Below, one piece after another: positions 8,593-18,389 of a DNA stretch of 20,035 bases. A program made the translations under genes and the position numbers. The stretch's first letter is position 1; the number at the start of each line of letters is the position of its first letter. Source of the stretch: Macrostomum lignano (Eukaryota); the NCBI GenBank assembly GCA_002269645.1, contig NIVC01005226.1, forward strand, positions 1 through 20,035, in the 5' to 3' direction. A model generated the notes under the pieces. The model had not been told where the DNA came from. It made no database searches and saw nothing but the letters and a program-made list of their open reading frames with translations.

Positions 8593-9415
8593 TTGTGAAT
8601 TCCAACTGGTAGATAGTTAATTCCAACTGGCAGATTGTAAATTCCAACTGGTGGATTGTAAATTTTAACTGGTAGATTGTAATTCCAACTGGTAAATTGT
8701 AAATTTTAACTGGTAGATTGTAAATTCCAACTGGCAGATTGTAAATTCCAACCGTCAGATCGTAAATTCCAACTGGTAGATTGTAAATTCCAACTGATAG
8801 ATTGTAAATTCCAACTGGTAGATTGTGAATTCCAACTGATAGATTGTAAATTCCAACTGGTAGATTGTGAATTCCAACTGATAGATTGTGAATTCCAACT
8901 GGTAGATTGTAAATTCCAACTGGTAGATTGTGAATTCCAACTGATAGATTGTAAATTCCAACTGGTAGATTGTGAATTCCAACTGGTAGATTGTGAATTC
9001 CAACTGATAGATTGTAAATTCCAACTGGTAGATTGTAAATTCCAACTGATAGATTGTGAATTCCAACTGATAGATTGTAAATTCCAACTGGTAGATTGTG
9101 AATTCCAACTGATAGATTGTAAATTCCAACTGGTAGATTGTGAATTCCAACTGATAGATTGTAAATTCCAACTGGTAGATTGTAAATTCCAACTGATAGA
9201 TTGTGAATTCCAACTGATAGATTGTAAATTCCAACTGGTAGATTGTGAATTCCAACTGATAGATTGTAAATTCCAACTGGTAGATTGTAAATTCCAACTG
9301 GTAGTTTACAAGTACCAACCAGCAGGTTGTAAAGTAGACTCAGTAGATTGTGAGGTAAACTCGGTAGATTGTGACGTAAACTCGGTAGATTGTGAGGTAG
9401 ACTCAGTAGATTGTT
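8593..9415. repeat. 21-bp minisatellite (AATTCCAACTGGTAGATTGTA) with a derived 21-bp subarray at 9335-9415
   Basis: Period 21. The terminal subarray GTAAACTCGGTAGATTGTGAG shares GTAGATTGTGA with the main unit. Confidence 0.97.
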
Positions 9416-9461
9416 AATTCGATCAATTAGAATGTATCACTCTGTTGCCCCGCCTCCCCAG

Positions 9462-9699
9462 GCACTTCTACCACCGTTCTTGCATCGACCCTTGGCTGCT
9501 GGACCAGCGCAACTGCCCCCTGTGCAAGCTGGACATTCTCAAAGCTGTCGGCCTCGCCTTGCGCGACCGCCGTCAGCGACGTCGCCGCGGCTCCTCGGAT
9601 CTGGAAGGTCGAATCCCATCGACTGCCGCCGGCGGTGCCGCCGTCGCTGGTGCTGCCGCCCCTTATGTCGACAGCATGGGTGGCGTGGCTTCTGTCGAG
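9462..9699 (+). CDS. RNF150: Goliath-like ligase coding exon 4, C-half of RING-H2 plus start of cytoplasmic tail
   Basis: Acceptor CCCCAG ending 9461. AA+G restores Lys, then [28 protein letters not shown] completes C-x2-C-x14-C-x-H-x2-H-x2-C-x10-C-x2-C. Donor GAG|GTTTGT at 9700, phase 0. Confidence 0.92.
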
Positions 9700-9841
9700 G
9701 TTTGTCTGCCTACCCAACTGTTATTAACTTTCCAAATTACTCAGGCCTTGAGCTACTCAAACTCGAATCTACCTTAAGCACGATAGTTTTAAGTGATAGT
9801 TTTAATAGTTTTAACTTTTAAGTGAAAAACTTACACACCTC

Positions 9842-10180
9842 AATCTTCATGCCTACCGATATGTAGCGTAAATACCTTTTGCACACTGGAATCTTCATGC
9901 CTACCGATATGTAGCGTAAATACCCTTTACATACTGGAATCTTCATGCCTCCCGATATGTAGCGTAAATACCTTTTGCAACTGGAATCTTCATGCCTACC
10001 GATATGTAGCGTAAATACCTTTTGCACACTGGAGTCTTCATGCCTACCGATATGTAGCGTAAATACCTTTTACACACTGGAATATTCATGCCTACCGATA
10101 TGTAGCGTAAATACCTTTTACACACTGGAATATTCATGCCTACCGATATGTAGCGTAAACAGCTTTACACACTAGAATCA
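9842..10180. repeat. 48-bp minisatellite, about 7 units, intron 4
   Basis: AATCTTCATGCCTACCGATATGTAGCGTAAATACCTTTTGCACACTGG, period 48. Confidence 0.96.
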
Positions 10181-10337
10181 TCGTCTCTACGTAACATGCT
10201 AAAATTTCTTTCTAATTAAAACTACTGGTGACCTGCTTCGTAGCTAAAAAAAATTGTCAGGCATAAAAAAATTCATATCCTTGCTACAAAACTTGGATTT
10301 ACTATATTTTTGAATTTGCACAATGTCGCATCCGCAG

Positions 10338-10580
10338 GACGGAGTCGATGACTATTACTCCTTAGCGGACAGCCTTGGCGGCATCAGCAGCAGCGGCGGT
10401 GGCGGCATCATCGGCTGCCTCGGCGGCGGCGCCAGATCCTCCGTCAATGCTGCCTCCTCTCTGTCCGATCCCGGCTCGCCCACTGTTGCCGCTGCTCCGG
10501 CTGCCCGGGCGTTCGCTGACGTGGAACCGCCCTCCGCCAGCGCTAACGGCAATCCGATTGATAATGGCGTTGTTTTGCTG
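10338..10580 (+). CDS. RNF150: Goliath-like ligase coding exon 5, low-complexity G/S/A-rich cytoplasmic tail
   Basis: Acceptor CGCAG ending 10337, in phase with exon 4. GC-rich island between two repeat arrays, encoding DGVDDYYSLADSL...NGVVLL. Donor CTG|GTGAGG at 10581, phase 0. Confidence 0.8.
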
Positions 10581-10611
10581 GTGAGGCCCCATTGCCTTCA
10601 GATGGCGCGTT

Positions 10612-11611
10612 TGCTTTCTCTTTTCCTCCTCTCCTCTCCCCTCTTCTCTCCCCTCTCTTCTCTTCCCTCTCTTCTCTCCCATCTCTCCTCTCCCCTCTTC
10701 TCTCCCCTCTCTTCTCTTCCCCTCTCTTCTCTCCCCTCTCTTCTCTTCCCTCTCTTCTCTCCCATCTCTCCTCTCCCCTCTTCTCTCCCCTCTCTTCTCT
10801 TCCCCTCTCTTCTCTCTTCTCTCCGCCTCTTCTCTTCCCTCTCTTCTCTTCCCCTCTCTTCTCTCTTCTCTCCGCCTCTTCTCTTCCCTCTCTTCTCTTC
10901 CCCTCTCTTCTCTCTTCTCTCCGCCTCTTCTCTCCCCTCTCTTCTCTTCCCTCTCTCTCTCTTCTCTCCGCCTCTTCTCTCCCCTCTCTTCTCTCCCTCT
11001 CTCCTCTCCCCTCTTCTCTCCCCTCTCTTCTCTCCCTCTCTTCTCTCCGCCTCTTCTCTCCCTCTCTTCTCTTCCTCTCTCCTCTCCCTCTTCTCTTCCC
11101 TCTCTTCTCTCTTCTCTCCGCCTCTTCTCTCCCCTCTTCTCTCCCCTCTCTTTTCTCCCTCTCTTCTCTCCCCTCTCTTCTCTCCCTCTCTTCTCTCCCT
11201 CTCTTTTCTCCCCTCTCTTCTCTCTTCTCTCCCTCTCTTCTCTCCCTCTCTTCTCTCCCTCTCTTTTCTCCCTCTCTTCTCTCCCTCTCTTCTCTTCAGA
11301 CTCTCTTCTCTATTCTTTACCTCTCCTCTCTTCTCTCTGCCTCTTCACTCCCCTCTCTTTTCTCTTCTCTCCCTCTCTTCTCTCCCTTTCTTCTCTCCCT
11401 ATCTTATCTTCTCTCTTGTCTCCCTCCCTTTTTTCTTCTCTCCCTCTCTTCTCTCCCATTCTCCTCCTCTCCTCTCCCTCTCTTCTCCCTCTCTTCTCCC
11501 CTCTCTTCTCTTCTCTCTTGTCTCCTTTTGTTCTTCCTGTCTTCTCTTTCAGAAAACATACAGGCAGACCGGTTTCTTCCCTTCCCCTCTCTTCCTTGTA
11601 ATTTCCCTCCG

Positions 11612-11670
<59 letters not shown>
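10612..11670. repeat. About 1.05-kb polypyrimidine (C/T) low-complexity tract ending in about 27 perfect CT units
   Basis: CTCTTCTCTCCCCT-type motifs; (CT)n at 11616-11670. Confidence 0.97.
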
Positions 11671-11674
<4 letters not shown>

Positions 11675-12084
11675 TTAAATAATCTCTCGACGGGGCGTCC
11701 CTACCTTTCCTGTGCTTTGATATGGGAAATTGGAAAAAATGAAATAATTCTTCCTTTTATTTTCGAAATTGCAGTCTTTCAACTGCCTTGGCTGTCAAAT
11801 TTAATATGAATATTCATCTACTTAAAACTGGCGGGCCTGGCATTGCGTCTGACCCTGCCTTCCGTCTTCCAGCCCCAGATTTTTTCCGCACTCCCCCTAC
11901 CTTACGTTCGTCAATTCTTGTTAGGAAAAGTGCCTACGATTTAGAGTGCAAGCCTGACGCGCTGCATCCTTTTATTGTGATTGTCTGCTCACTCCCGTGC
12001 GGGCCCTCTGATCTCTCTGACTGTCTGCCGCTGTGCTGAGCAGCTTTGAGTGGATTGCGGGATGTCAGACAGGCCGGCACTAAA

Positions 12085-12374
<290 letters not shown>

Positions 12375-12448
12375 TCTCCTGTGTCAGCAGCCCATGCTTC
12401 AATTGAGAAGTGAAAAGCTACTCATCAAAAGTGCATCCTTTTCTATAG

Positions 12449-12613
12449 CTACTCAGACTCGATCAGTCAGCCACTGCAAGCCGTAGCCTCTGCCCGAGTC
12501 CCATCAGTTGGCGCAGAACTGAGGCTGTTTTCCCCCAACCCGATGGCTGCTCTCAGCTTTCACTCTGCCCCGGTTCAATCCGTCTCTCCCTCTCCCTTAC
12601 TGGCCTGCTATAA
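12449..12613 (+). CDS. Alternative candidate terminal exon (LLRLDQSATASRSL...LTGLL*)
   Basis: Acceptor CCTTTTCTATAG ending 12448; the phase-0 frame is open for 54 codons to TAA. No recognisable homology and no nearby AATAAA. Confidence 0.22.
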   Translation, partial: LLRLDQSATASRSLCPSPISWRRTEAVFPQPDGCSQLSLCPGSIRLSLSLTGLL

Positions 12614-12864
12614 ATGGAATTCTGTTTGTAACCGGGTTTTTCGAGGCAGGCTTTTTATTGAGAGGTCTGGCCCACTGTAGCAGAGGTTTTTTGAGACGTT
12701 TTTCCCGCCGATTCTGGGCAAATTGGGCAAGCTTTTAGTTGGGAGATGAATAGGAAATGTTTATTTATTAGCTTTCGATTCTTTTCACGTGGCAGCCAAT
12801 TTCTTGATGTCAATATCGACAGCCATCAATGCCGTTAACTTTTCTACAAAGCGCAATTTTATTT

Positions 12865-13410
12865 CTACCGATATGTATTGTAAATAGCTTCACACACAGC
12901 AATCAACATGCCTACCGATATGTAGCGTAGATAGCTTCACATACATGAATCAACATGCCTACCGATATGTAGCGTGAATAGCTTTTGCACATATGAATCT
13001 TCATGCCTACCAATATGTAGCGTAAGTGGCTTTTACTCACAGGAATCAGCATGCCTACCGATATGTAGCGTAAATAGCTTCACATACATGAATCAACATG
13101 CCTACCGATATGTATCGTAAAAAGCTTCATACACGGGAATCAACATGCCTACTGATGTGTAGCGTGAATAGCTTTTGCATTCAGGAATCTCATGCCTACC
13201 GATATGTAGCGTAAATGGCTTTTGCTCACGGGAATCAAAATGCCTACCGACATGTATTGTAAGTAGCTTCACACCTAGGAATCAATAGGCCTTCTGAGAT
13301 ATAGCTTAAATAGATTTTACACAGAAATCAACAAGCCTACCGATATGTAGCGTAAATGGCTTTTGCACTTAAGAATCTTCATGTCTACCGATATGTAGCG
13401 CAAATGGCCT
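12865..13410. repeat. Diverged 47-48-bp minisatellite, same family as 9842-10180, about 11 units
   Basis: Conserved core CATGCCTACCGATATGTAGCGTAAAT with a more variable ~21-bp remainder. Confidence 0.93.
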
Positions 13411-13650
13411 AAGGTATTTTCAGCCAGTTTAGCAGACCGGATTTACTGTCTATCAGGTTTACTCCCCACTTTCCTCTGTACCGGTTGTAGCTAATAATTA
13501 AAAGGTTAATTAAAAGTTAAAAATAATTTTTTTAGAACGTGCAGTCGGACCGAATCAGAGGTTTCCAAAATTTGAGTAGTTGCTGACTGACGGATCTAGC
13601 TAGTGGAGAGCACAGAGCAGACTTGATCTTAGCTTTGCACGCATGATCTG

Positions 13651-14050
13651 CAGTGGCGGATTACGAGTATGATGGGGAGTTCCTAGGCTTATTCTTAAGT
13701 CAGGCTGGGCTGAAGGCTCCTGTCCTAGGAGCCCTAGGGGGATTTACGAAAATCTAATTTGAACGCAGCCTCGCCTCCCCTTTCTGTGTGCGTGTGTGTG
13801 TTTTTCAGGCGGGGTTCGGGGTTGAGGGGAATTGACTATAGGGAAGCTTATAGGAGGTGAGGGAGAGAGGCAGGGAGTTGAAAGCAAAAATGGCTCTGGG
13901 ATGAGTTGAGCCGGGGGGAGAGGTGATGGGCCTGCAGCTCGCTGACGTCAAAGGCGTCACTAGAAGTGCAAAGTACGTGTGCTCCACTCCTCGTCTCCCA
14001 TCCTTCTCATCATTTTTTGCCAGGAGAATACTCCGTAATCCATCCATCCA
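13651..14050. mobile_element. Possible degenerate MITE (about 400 bp)
   Basis: GGATTACGAGTAT (13658-13670) is inverted to ATACTCCGTAATCC (14028-14041) with a 1-nt indel. The left end CAGTGGCGGATT resembles common animal MITE termini. No TSD identified. Confidence 0.35.
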
Positions 14051-14060
14051 CCTATAAATA
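13943..14060 (+). promoter_or_regulatory. Promoter-like module: palindromic CRE TGACGTCA (13943-13950) and TATAAATA (14053-14060)
   Basis: Exact motif matches about 100 bp apart. Function is unproven. Confidence 0.35.
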
Positions 14061-14278
14061 GCCGGGCGACTCTGCAGTCTTTTATCTGTGAACTAAATAA
14101 AAGGCTCTTCTAATGTTTTTTTGAAGATTAATTAAAGAAACGCTCAACTACAAAGGATAAAGAGAATGACTTACGCTTAAGATTGTCGCAGACATGGCGT
14201 CGTCATCGGTTTTATGGAATGGGGTGGACAAAGCCAAGAATTCTAGATGTATATTGTTTTGAGAATCGGTATTGTTAG

Positions 14279-15045
14279 CACTCATTTTAGCGCCTCAGGC
14301 ACTCATTTTGGCGCCAAAGTTACTCATTCTAGCGCCACAGGCACTCATTTTAGCGCCGCAGGCACTCATTTTGGCGCCAAAGTTACTCATTTTAGCGCCG
14401 CAGGCACTCATTTTGGCGCCAAAGTTACTCATTTTAGCGTCACAGGCAGTCATTTTAGCGCCGCAGGCAGTCATTTTAGCTCCGCAGGCACTCATTTTAG
14501 CGCCGCAGGCACTCATTTTAGCGCCGCAGGCACTCATTTTAGCTCCGCAGGCACTCATTTTAGCTCCGCAGGCACTCATTTTAGCGCCGCAGTCACTCAT
14601 TTTAGCTCCACAGGCACTCATTTTAGCTCCACAGGCACTCATTTTAGCTCCGCAGGCACTCATTTTAGCGCCGCAGGCACTCATTTTAGCGCCGCAGGCA
14701 CTCATTTTAGCTCCGCAGGCACTCATTTTAGCTCTGCAGGCACTCATTTTGGCTCCGCAGGCACTTATTTTAGCGCCACAGGCACTCATTTTAGCGCCGC
14801 AAGCACTCATTTTAGCGCCGCAGGCACTCATTTTAGCTCCGCAGGCACTCATTTTAGCTCCGCAGGCACTCATTTTGGCTCCGCAGGCACTCATTTTAGC
14901 GCCACAGGCACTCATTTTAGCGCCGCAGGCACTCATTTTAGCGCCACAGGCACTCATTTTAGCGCCGCAGGCACTCATTTTAGCGCCACAGGCACTCATT
15001 TTGGCGCCGCAAGCAGACACTCATTTTGGCGCCGCAGGCGTTCTG
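14279..15045. repeat. 21-bp minisatellite (GCAGGCACTCATTTTAGCGCC), about 36 units
   Basis: Period 21 and stop-free in three of six frames, which explains ORFs 14247, 14272 and 14295. Confidence 0.97.
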
Positions 15046-15430
15046 AATTCTGGCGCCCTGAGCAATATTATAGATTTCCACAACGGCTCACAAGGTGAGG
15101 TGGGGGGGGGGACAAAGCATTGGCATGTCCCCCCTCCACCAGCCGACAACCCTAGCAGCAGAATCTTAATTTCTGAGCACAAATAAAACGGCCCTTCTTA
15201 GGGCAACTTAGTAGAAAAGCGAACCATGATTCTACTTTGGCATATTTTTCATTCATGGCGGCCCCATCTGTTCGTATTATTGGGGTGAAAGACTAAAATA
15301 GTAAAAATCTTCTTTATCAAAACATGTTCTGTAATATTTTTCAGTTTTATTTTTGTTTAGACTTCAAACGGCCCTTTTTAGGGCGCACTGTTCAGTTTTA
15401 GTAATATGTTTCCTCGCTAATACTTTGCAG

Positions 15431-15535
15431 ACGGTTCCTATTAGAGCTGAGAGCCCGTCTTCGGTGGACGATGAAGATGCCGAAGTATTTTATCCCCTGG
15501 TGCACCAGCAGCAGCCGCAACCGCTTAACACCTAA
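15431..15535 (+). CDS. Candidate terminal coding exon (TVPIRAESPSSVDDEDAEVFYPLVHQQQPQPLNT*)
   Basis: Acceptor TACTTTGCAG ending 15430, phase 0 matching exon 5. GC-richer than its flanks. Acidic cluster plus YPLV motif. AATAAA at 15751. The link to the ligase gene is inferred. Confidence 0.5.
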   Translation, partial: TVPIRAESPSSVDDEDAEVFYPLVHQQQPQPLNT

Positions 15536-15750
15536 ACAACAGATTTCCCTGTTATAAAAGTGTGATGGCCACAATTTTTTGGTGACCTTCAAGTGTCACC
15601 ACCCGTGATGCGACCGCCTGTTAATAATGTGACACTGGTTTATTTGACGGTCACATCAACGTGTCAGAATGAAGGGTCGAAATGTGACCGTACCACTTTT
15701 ATACAGACTGTCTGAGAAAATAAGAGATTCTGTGTCGCTAAAGAATCCTT

Positions 15751-15756
15751 AATAAA
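15751..15756 (+). promoter_or_regulatory. Candidate polyadenylation signal AATAAA
   Basis: About 215 nt after the stop of the candidate terminal exon, with T-rich sequence further downstream. Confidence 0.35.
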
Positions 15757-15984
15757 TTAATCTAGATTCAAAATAGATGTGCAATCCATTTCAAACAGCT
15801 CTTACTCTTATATAAATATTATTTTTTCAGTTTTCAATTCGCGCTGTTGCTTATCTTGTTGCTGTTGTGTTTCACGTCAGTGATTGCCTCCATCGCAGGT
15901 CGATACTGATTTTTATAAAAAAATAGACGCTGTTAAATCTGCAAATTAAATGCTTAAATATATATAAAATTTACACTGGAAATG

Positions 15985-16530
15985 CCTATCCCCATCCTGG
16001 GTATAGGGTGCCCCATCCTGAGTATTGGATTCCCCATCCTGAGTATTGGATTCCCCATCCTGGGTATAGGGTGCCCCATCCTGAGTATTGGATTCCCCAT
16101 CCTGAGTATTGGATTCCCCATCCTGGGTATAGGGTGCCCCATCCTGAGTATTGGATTCCCCATCCTGAGTATTGGATTCCCCATCCTGGATATAGGGTGC
16201 CCCATCCTGAGTATTAGATTCCCTATCCTGAATATTGGATTCCCCATTCTGAATATTGGTTTGCTAATCCTAAGTATCGGATTCCCCATCCTGAATATTG
16301 GATTCCCCATCCTGAGTATTGGATTCCCCATCCTGAATATTGGATTCCCCATCCTGAATATTGGATTCCCCATCCTGAGTATTGGATTCCCCATTCTGAA
16401 TATTGGATTCCCCATTCTGAATATTGGATTCCCCATTCTGAATATTGGATTCCCCATCCTGAATATTGGATTCCCCATTCTGAGTATGTTATTCTCCCAT
16501 CCTGAATATTATTGGATTCCCCATCTTGAA
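15985..16530. repeat. 21-bp minisatellite (CCCCATCCTGAGTATTGGATT) with a 63-bp higher-order unit at the left end
   Basis: Period 21, with the GGGTATAGGGTGC variant every third unit over about 15995-16205. Confidence 0.96.
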
Positions 16531-17104
16531 TGCAAAATTCCCTAAACAGATTCTGAATCGTATGCTATTTGAGACGTAAATTTCATGCTTTTTTCTGCTT
16601 TTTTACACTCTAGTCTGTTGTTATATGCAAGCGAATATCAATTAGTCTGCAAGTTTTTTGTGCATGTGCTTCAACCTTTGTGTCACTACACCCTGTGTGC
16701 GTACTAACAGTAATCATGAGCAGGTTTTTAGTGTTTAGTATTCTTGGCTGTTAGCACTGCACAATGCTTAAATGTATAATTGTAGCCCTGTTTTGAAGCA
16801 GATCTCCTTTGTTTATGTCAACTTTTTAACATCGCAACCTGCCCCTCTTCAGTGCAGAACTTTTTTTTCAATTTATATGTTGTATATTGAAATAATAGTT
16901 TATTTTCAATGCAATAATATATTTGCCTAATTGCGCGAGTCATTTATCATTACGACTATCGAGATTCTATTCGTCTGAATCAACAAAATATTTTTAATTT
17001 GACAAAATTGTTTTGCTAAGTCTTGCATTTACTTGGTCAAAATACGCATTGACAGAACAGTAGCATTGAATGTATTTATTGACTAAATTAGTTAAATAAG
17101 TCAG

Positions 17105-17997
17105 TAGAATGGATTGCTAATCTAGCCAACATCATGGAGATGAATTGGAATAGAATGGATTGCTAATCTAGCCAACATCATGGAGATGAATTGGAATAGA
17201 ATGGATTGCTAATCTAGCCAATATCATGAGATGAATTGGAATAGAATGGATTGCTAATCTAGCCAATATCATGAGATGAATTGGAATAGAATGGATTGCT
17301 AATCTAGCCAATATCATGAGATGAATTGGAATAGAATGGATTGCTAATCTAGCCAATATCATGAGATGAATTGGAATAGAATGGATTGCTAATCTAGCCA
17401 ATATCATGAGATGAATTGGAATAAAATGGATTGCTAATCTAGCCAATATCATGAGATGAATTGGAATAGAATGGATTGCTAATCTAGCCAATATCATGTG
17501 ATGAATTTGAATAGAATGGATTGCTAATCTAGCCAATATCATGGAGATGAATTGGAATAGAATGGATTGCTAATCTAGCCAATATCATGAGATGAATTGG
17601 AATAGAATGGATTGCTAATCTAGCCAATATCATGAGATGAATTGGAATAGAATGGATTGCTAATCTAGCCAATATCATGAGATGAATTGGAATAGAATGG
17701 ATTGCTAATCTAGCCAATATCATGTGATGAATTTGAATAGAATGGATTGCTAATCTAGCCAATATCATGGAGATGAATTTGAATAGAATGGATTGCTAAT
17801 CTAGCGAGTATCATTGGTTGAATTGGAATATAATGGATTGCTAATGTTGTTAATATCATGGATATAATTTTGGAATAAAATGCATTGCTAATCTAGCGGG
17901 TATCATTGGATGAATTAGAATATAATGGATTGCTAATCTAGCGAGTATCATTGGTTGAATTGGAATAGAATGAACTGCTAATCTAGCCAATATCATG
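17105..17997. repeat. 45-bp minisatellite (ATGGATTGCTAATCTAGCCAATATCATGAGATGAATTGGAATAGA), about 20 units
   Basis: Period 45 (46 in GGAGATG units); units diverge at the right end. Confidence 0.97.
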
Positions 17998-18389
17998 GGA
18001 ACCGAAAGCAGAACGCTAGTCTGGCCGGTCAGCCAGCCAGCCAAAGAAGAAGCTTTGTGAAGGAGCTCTGGCTGGCATCGCAAATACTGCTGGACATCTT
18101 TCTGCCCAGATGCACAGATCGAGAAGGTGATTTCTTTTGAAGCTGCTCATGGTTGCTTGCACTATCTAAGTTACTAGTACATCTGTTTAAGTTGGTGCAA
18201 AAGTTCACCCAGCAAATTTGGGTCGCCAGCTAATTTTGATATCTCTGAAATGCGATCTTAGTTATGATCTTTACTCCATGGACGTCAATGTTTAAGAATG
18301 ATTGTTATTCGTATGAGAGTTTGCTGCTGGCATTCTTTGTGCCGATGTCCGAATTATCAATTTGTTTGCCTTTTTCCCAACGTCTGTGG

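Noticed and set aside
8755-9318. (YQLEFTI)n 187-aa minus-strand ORF as a gene
   Set aside because: It coincides exactly with a 21-bp array inside an intron, with no flanking unique coding sequence or gene signals.
9427-10584. Antisense and alternate-frame ORFs over exons 4 and 5
   Set aside because: They are shadow ORFs of GC-rich coding exons.
10323-11678. 451-aa and 360-aa L/S/P/F-rich ORFs (and the reverse ORF 10362-10682)
   Set aside because: They are read-through of exon 5 into the C/T tract, which cannot contain stops. A good donor at 10581 precedes the tract.
12505-12585. Pol III A-box/B-box-like pair (TGGCGCAG...GGTTCAATCC), possible tRNA or SINE
   Set aside because: No acceptor stem or cloverleaf could be built, and the T-stem has only 3 bp.
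12865-13410. CRISPR-like repeat-spacer appearance
   Set aside because: The 'spacers' are mutually homologous, there are no cas genes, and the context is a spliceosomal intron of a eukaryote.
15074-15094. 21-nt phase-0 micro-exon (ISTTAHK) for the ligase
   Set aside because: The donor is strong, but the acceptor (AATATTATAG) has no pyrimidine tract. It cannot be supported without reads.
15353-15430. Signal-peptide-like N-terminus of the 60-aa ORF 15353-15535
   Set aside because: It begins at a non-ATG codon, and the hydrophobic part is the T-rich intron end before the acceptor at 15430.
15593-15691. SECIS-like structure in the putative 3'UTR (10-bp inverted repeat ACGGTCACAT/ATGTGACCGT with internal ATGA and AAA)
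   Set aside because: Helix II is too short, there is no correctly placed 3' GA for the quartet, and the CDS has no in-frame TGA to recode.
15954-17768. (MGNPILR)n, (IGFPILS)n and (MILARLAIHSIPIHL)n ORFs
   Set aside because: They arise from 21- and 45-bp arrays whose periods are multiples of 3. The 45-bp array has frameshifting 46-bp units.
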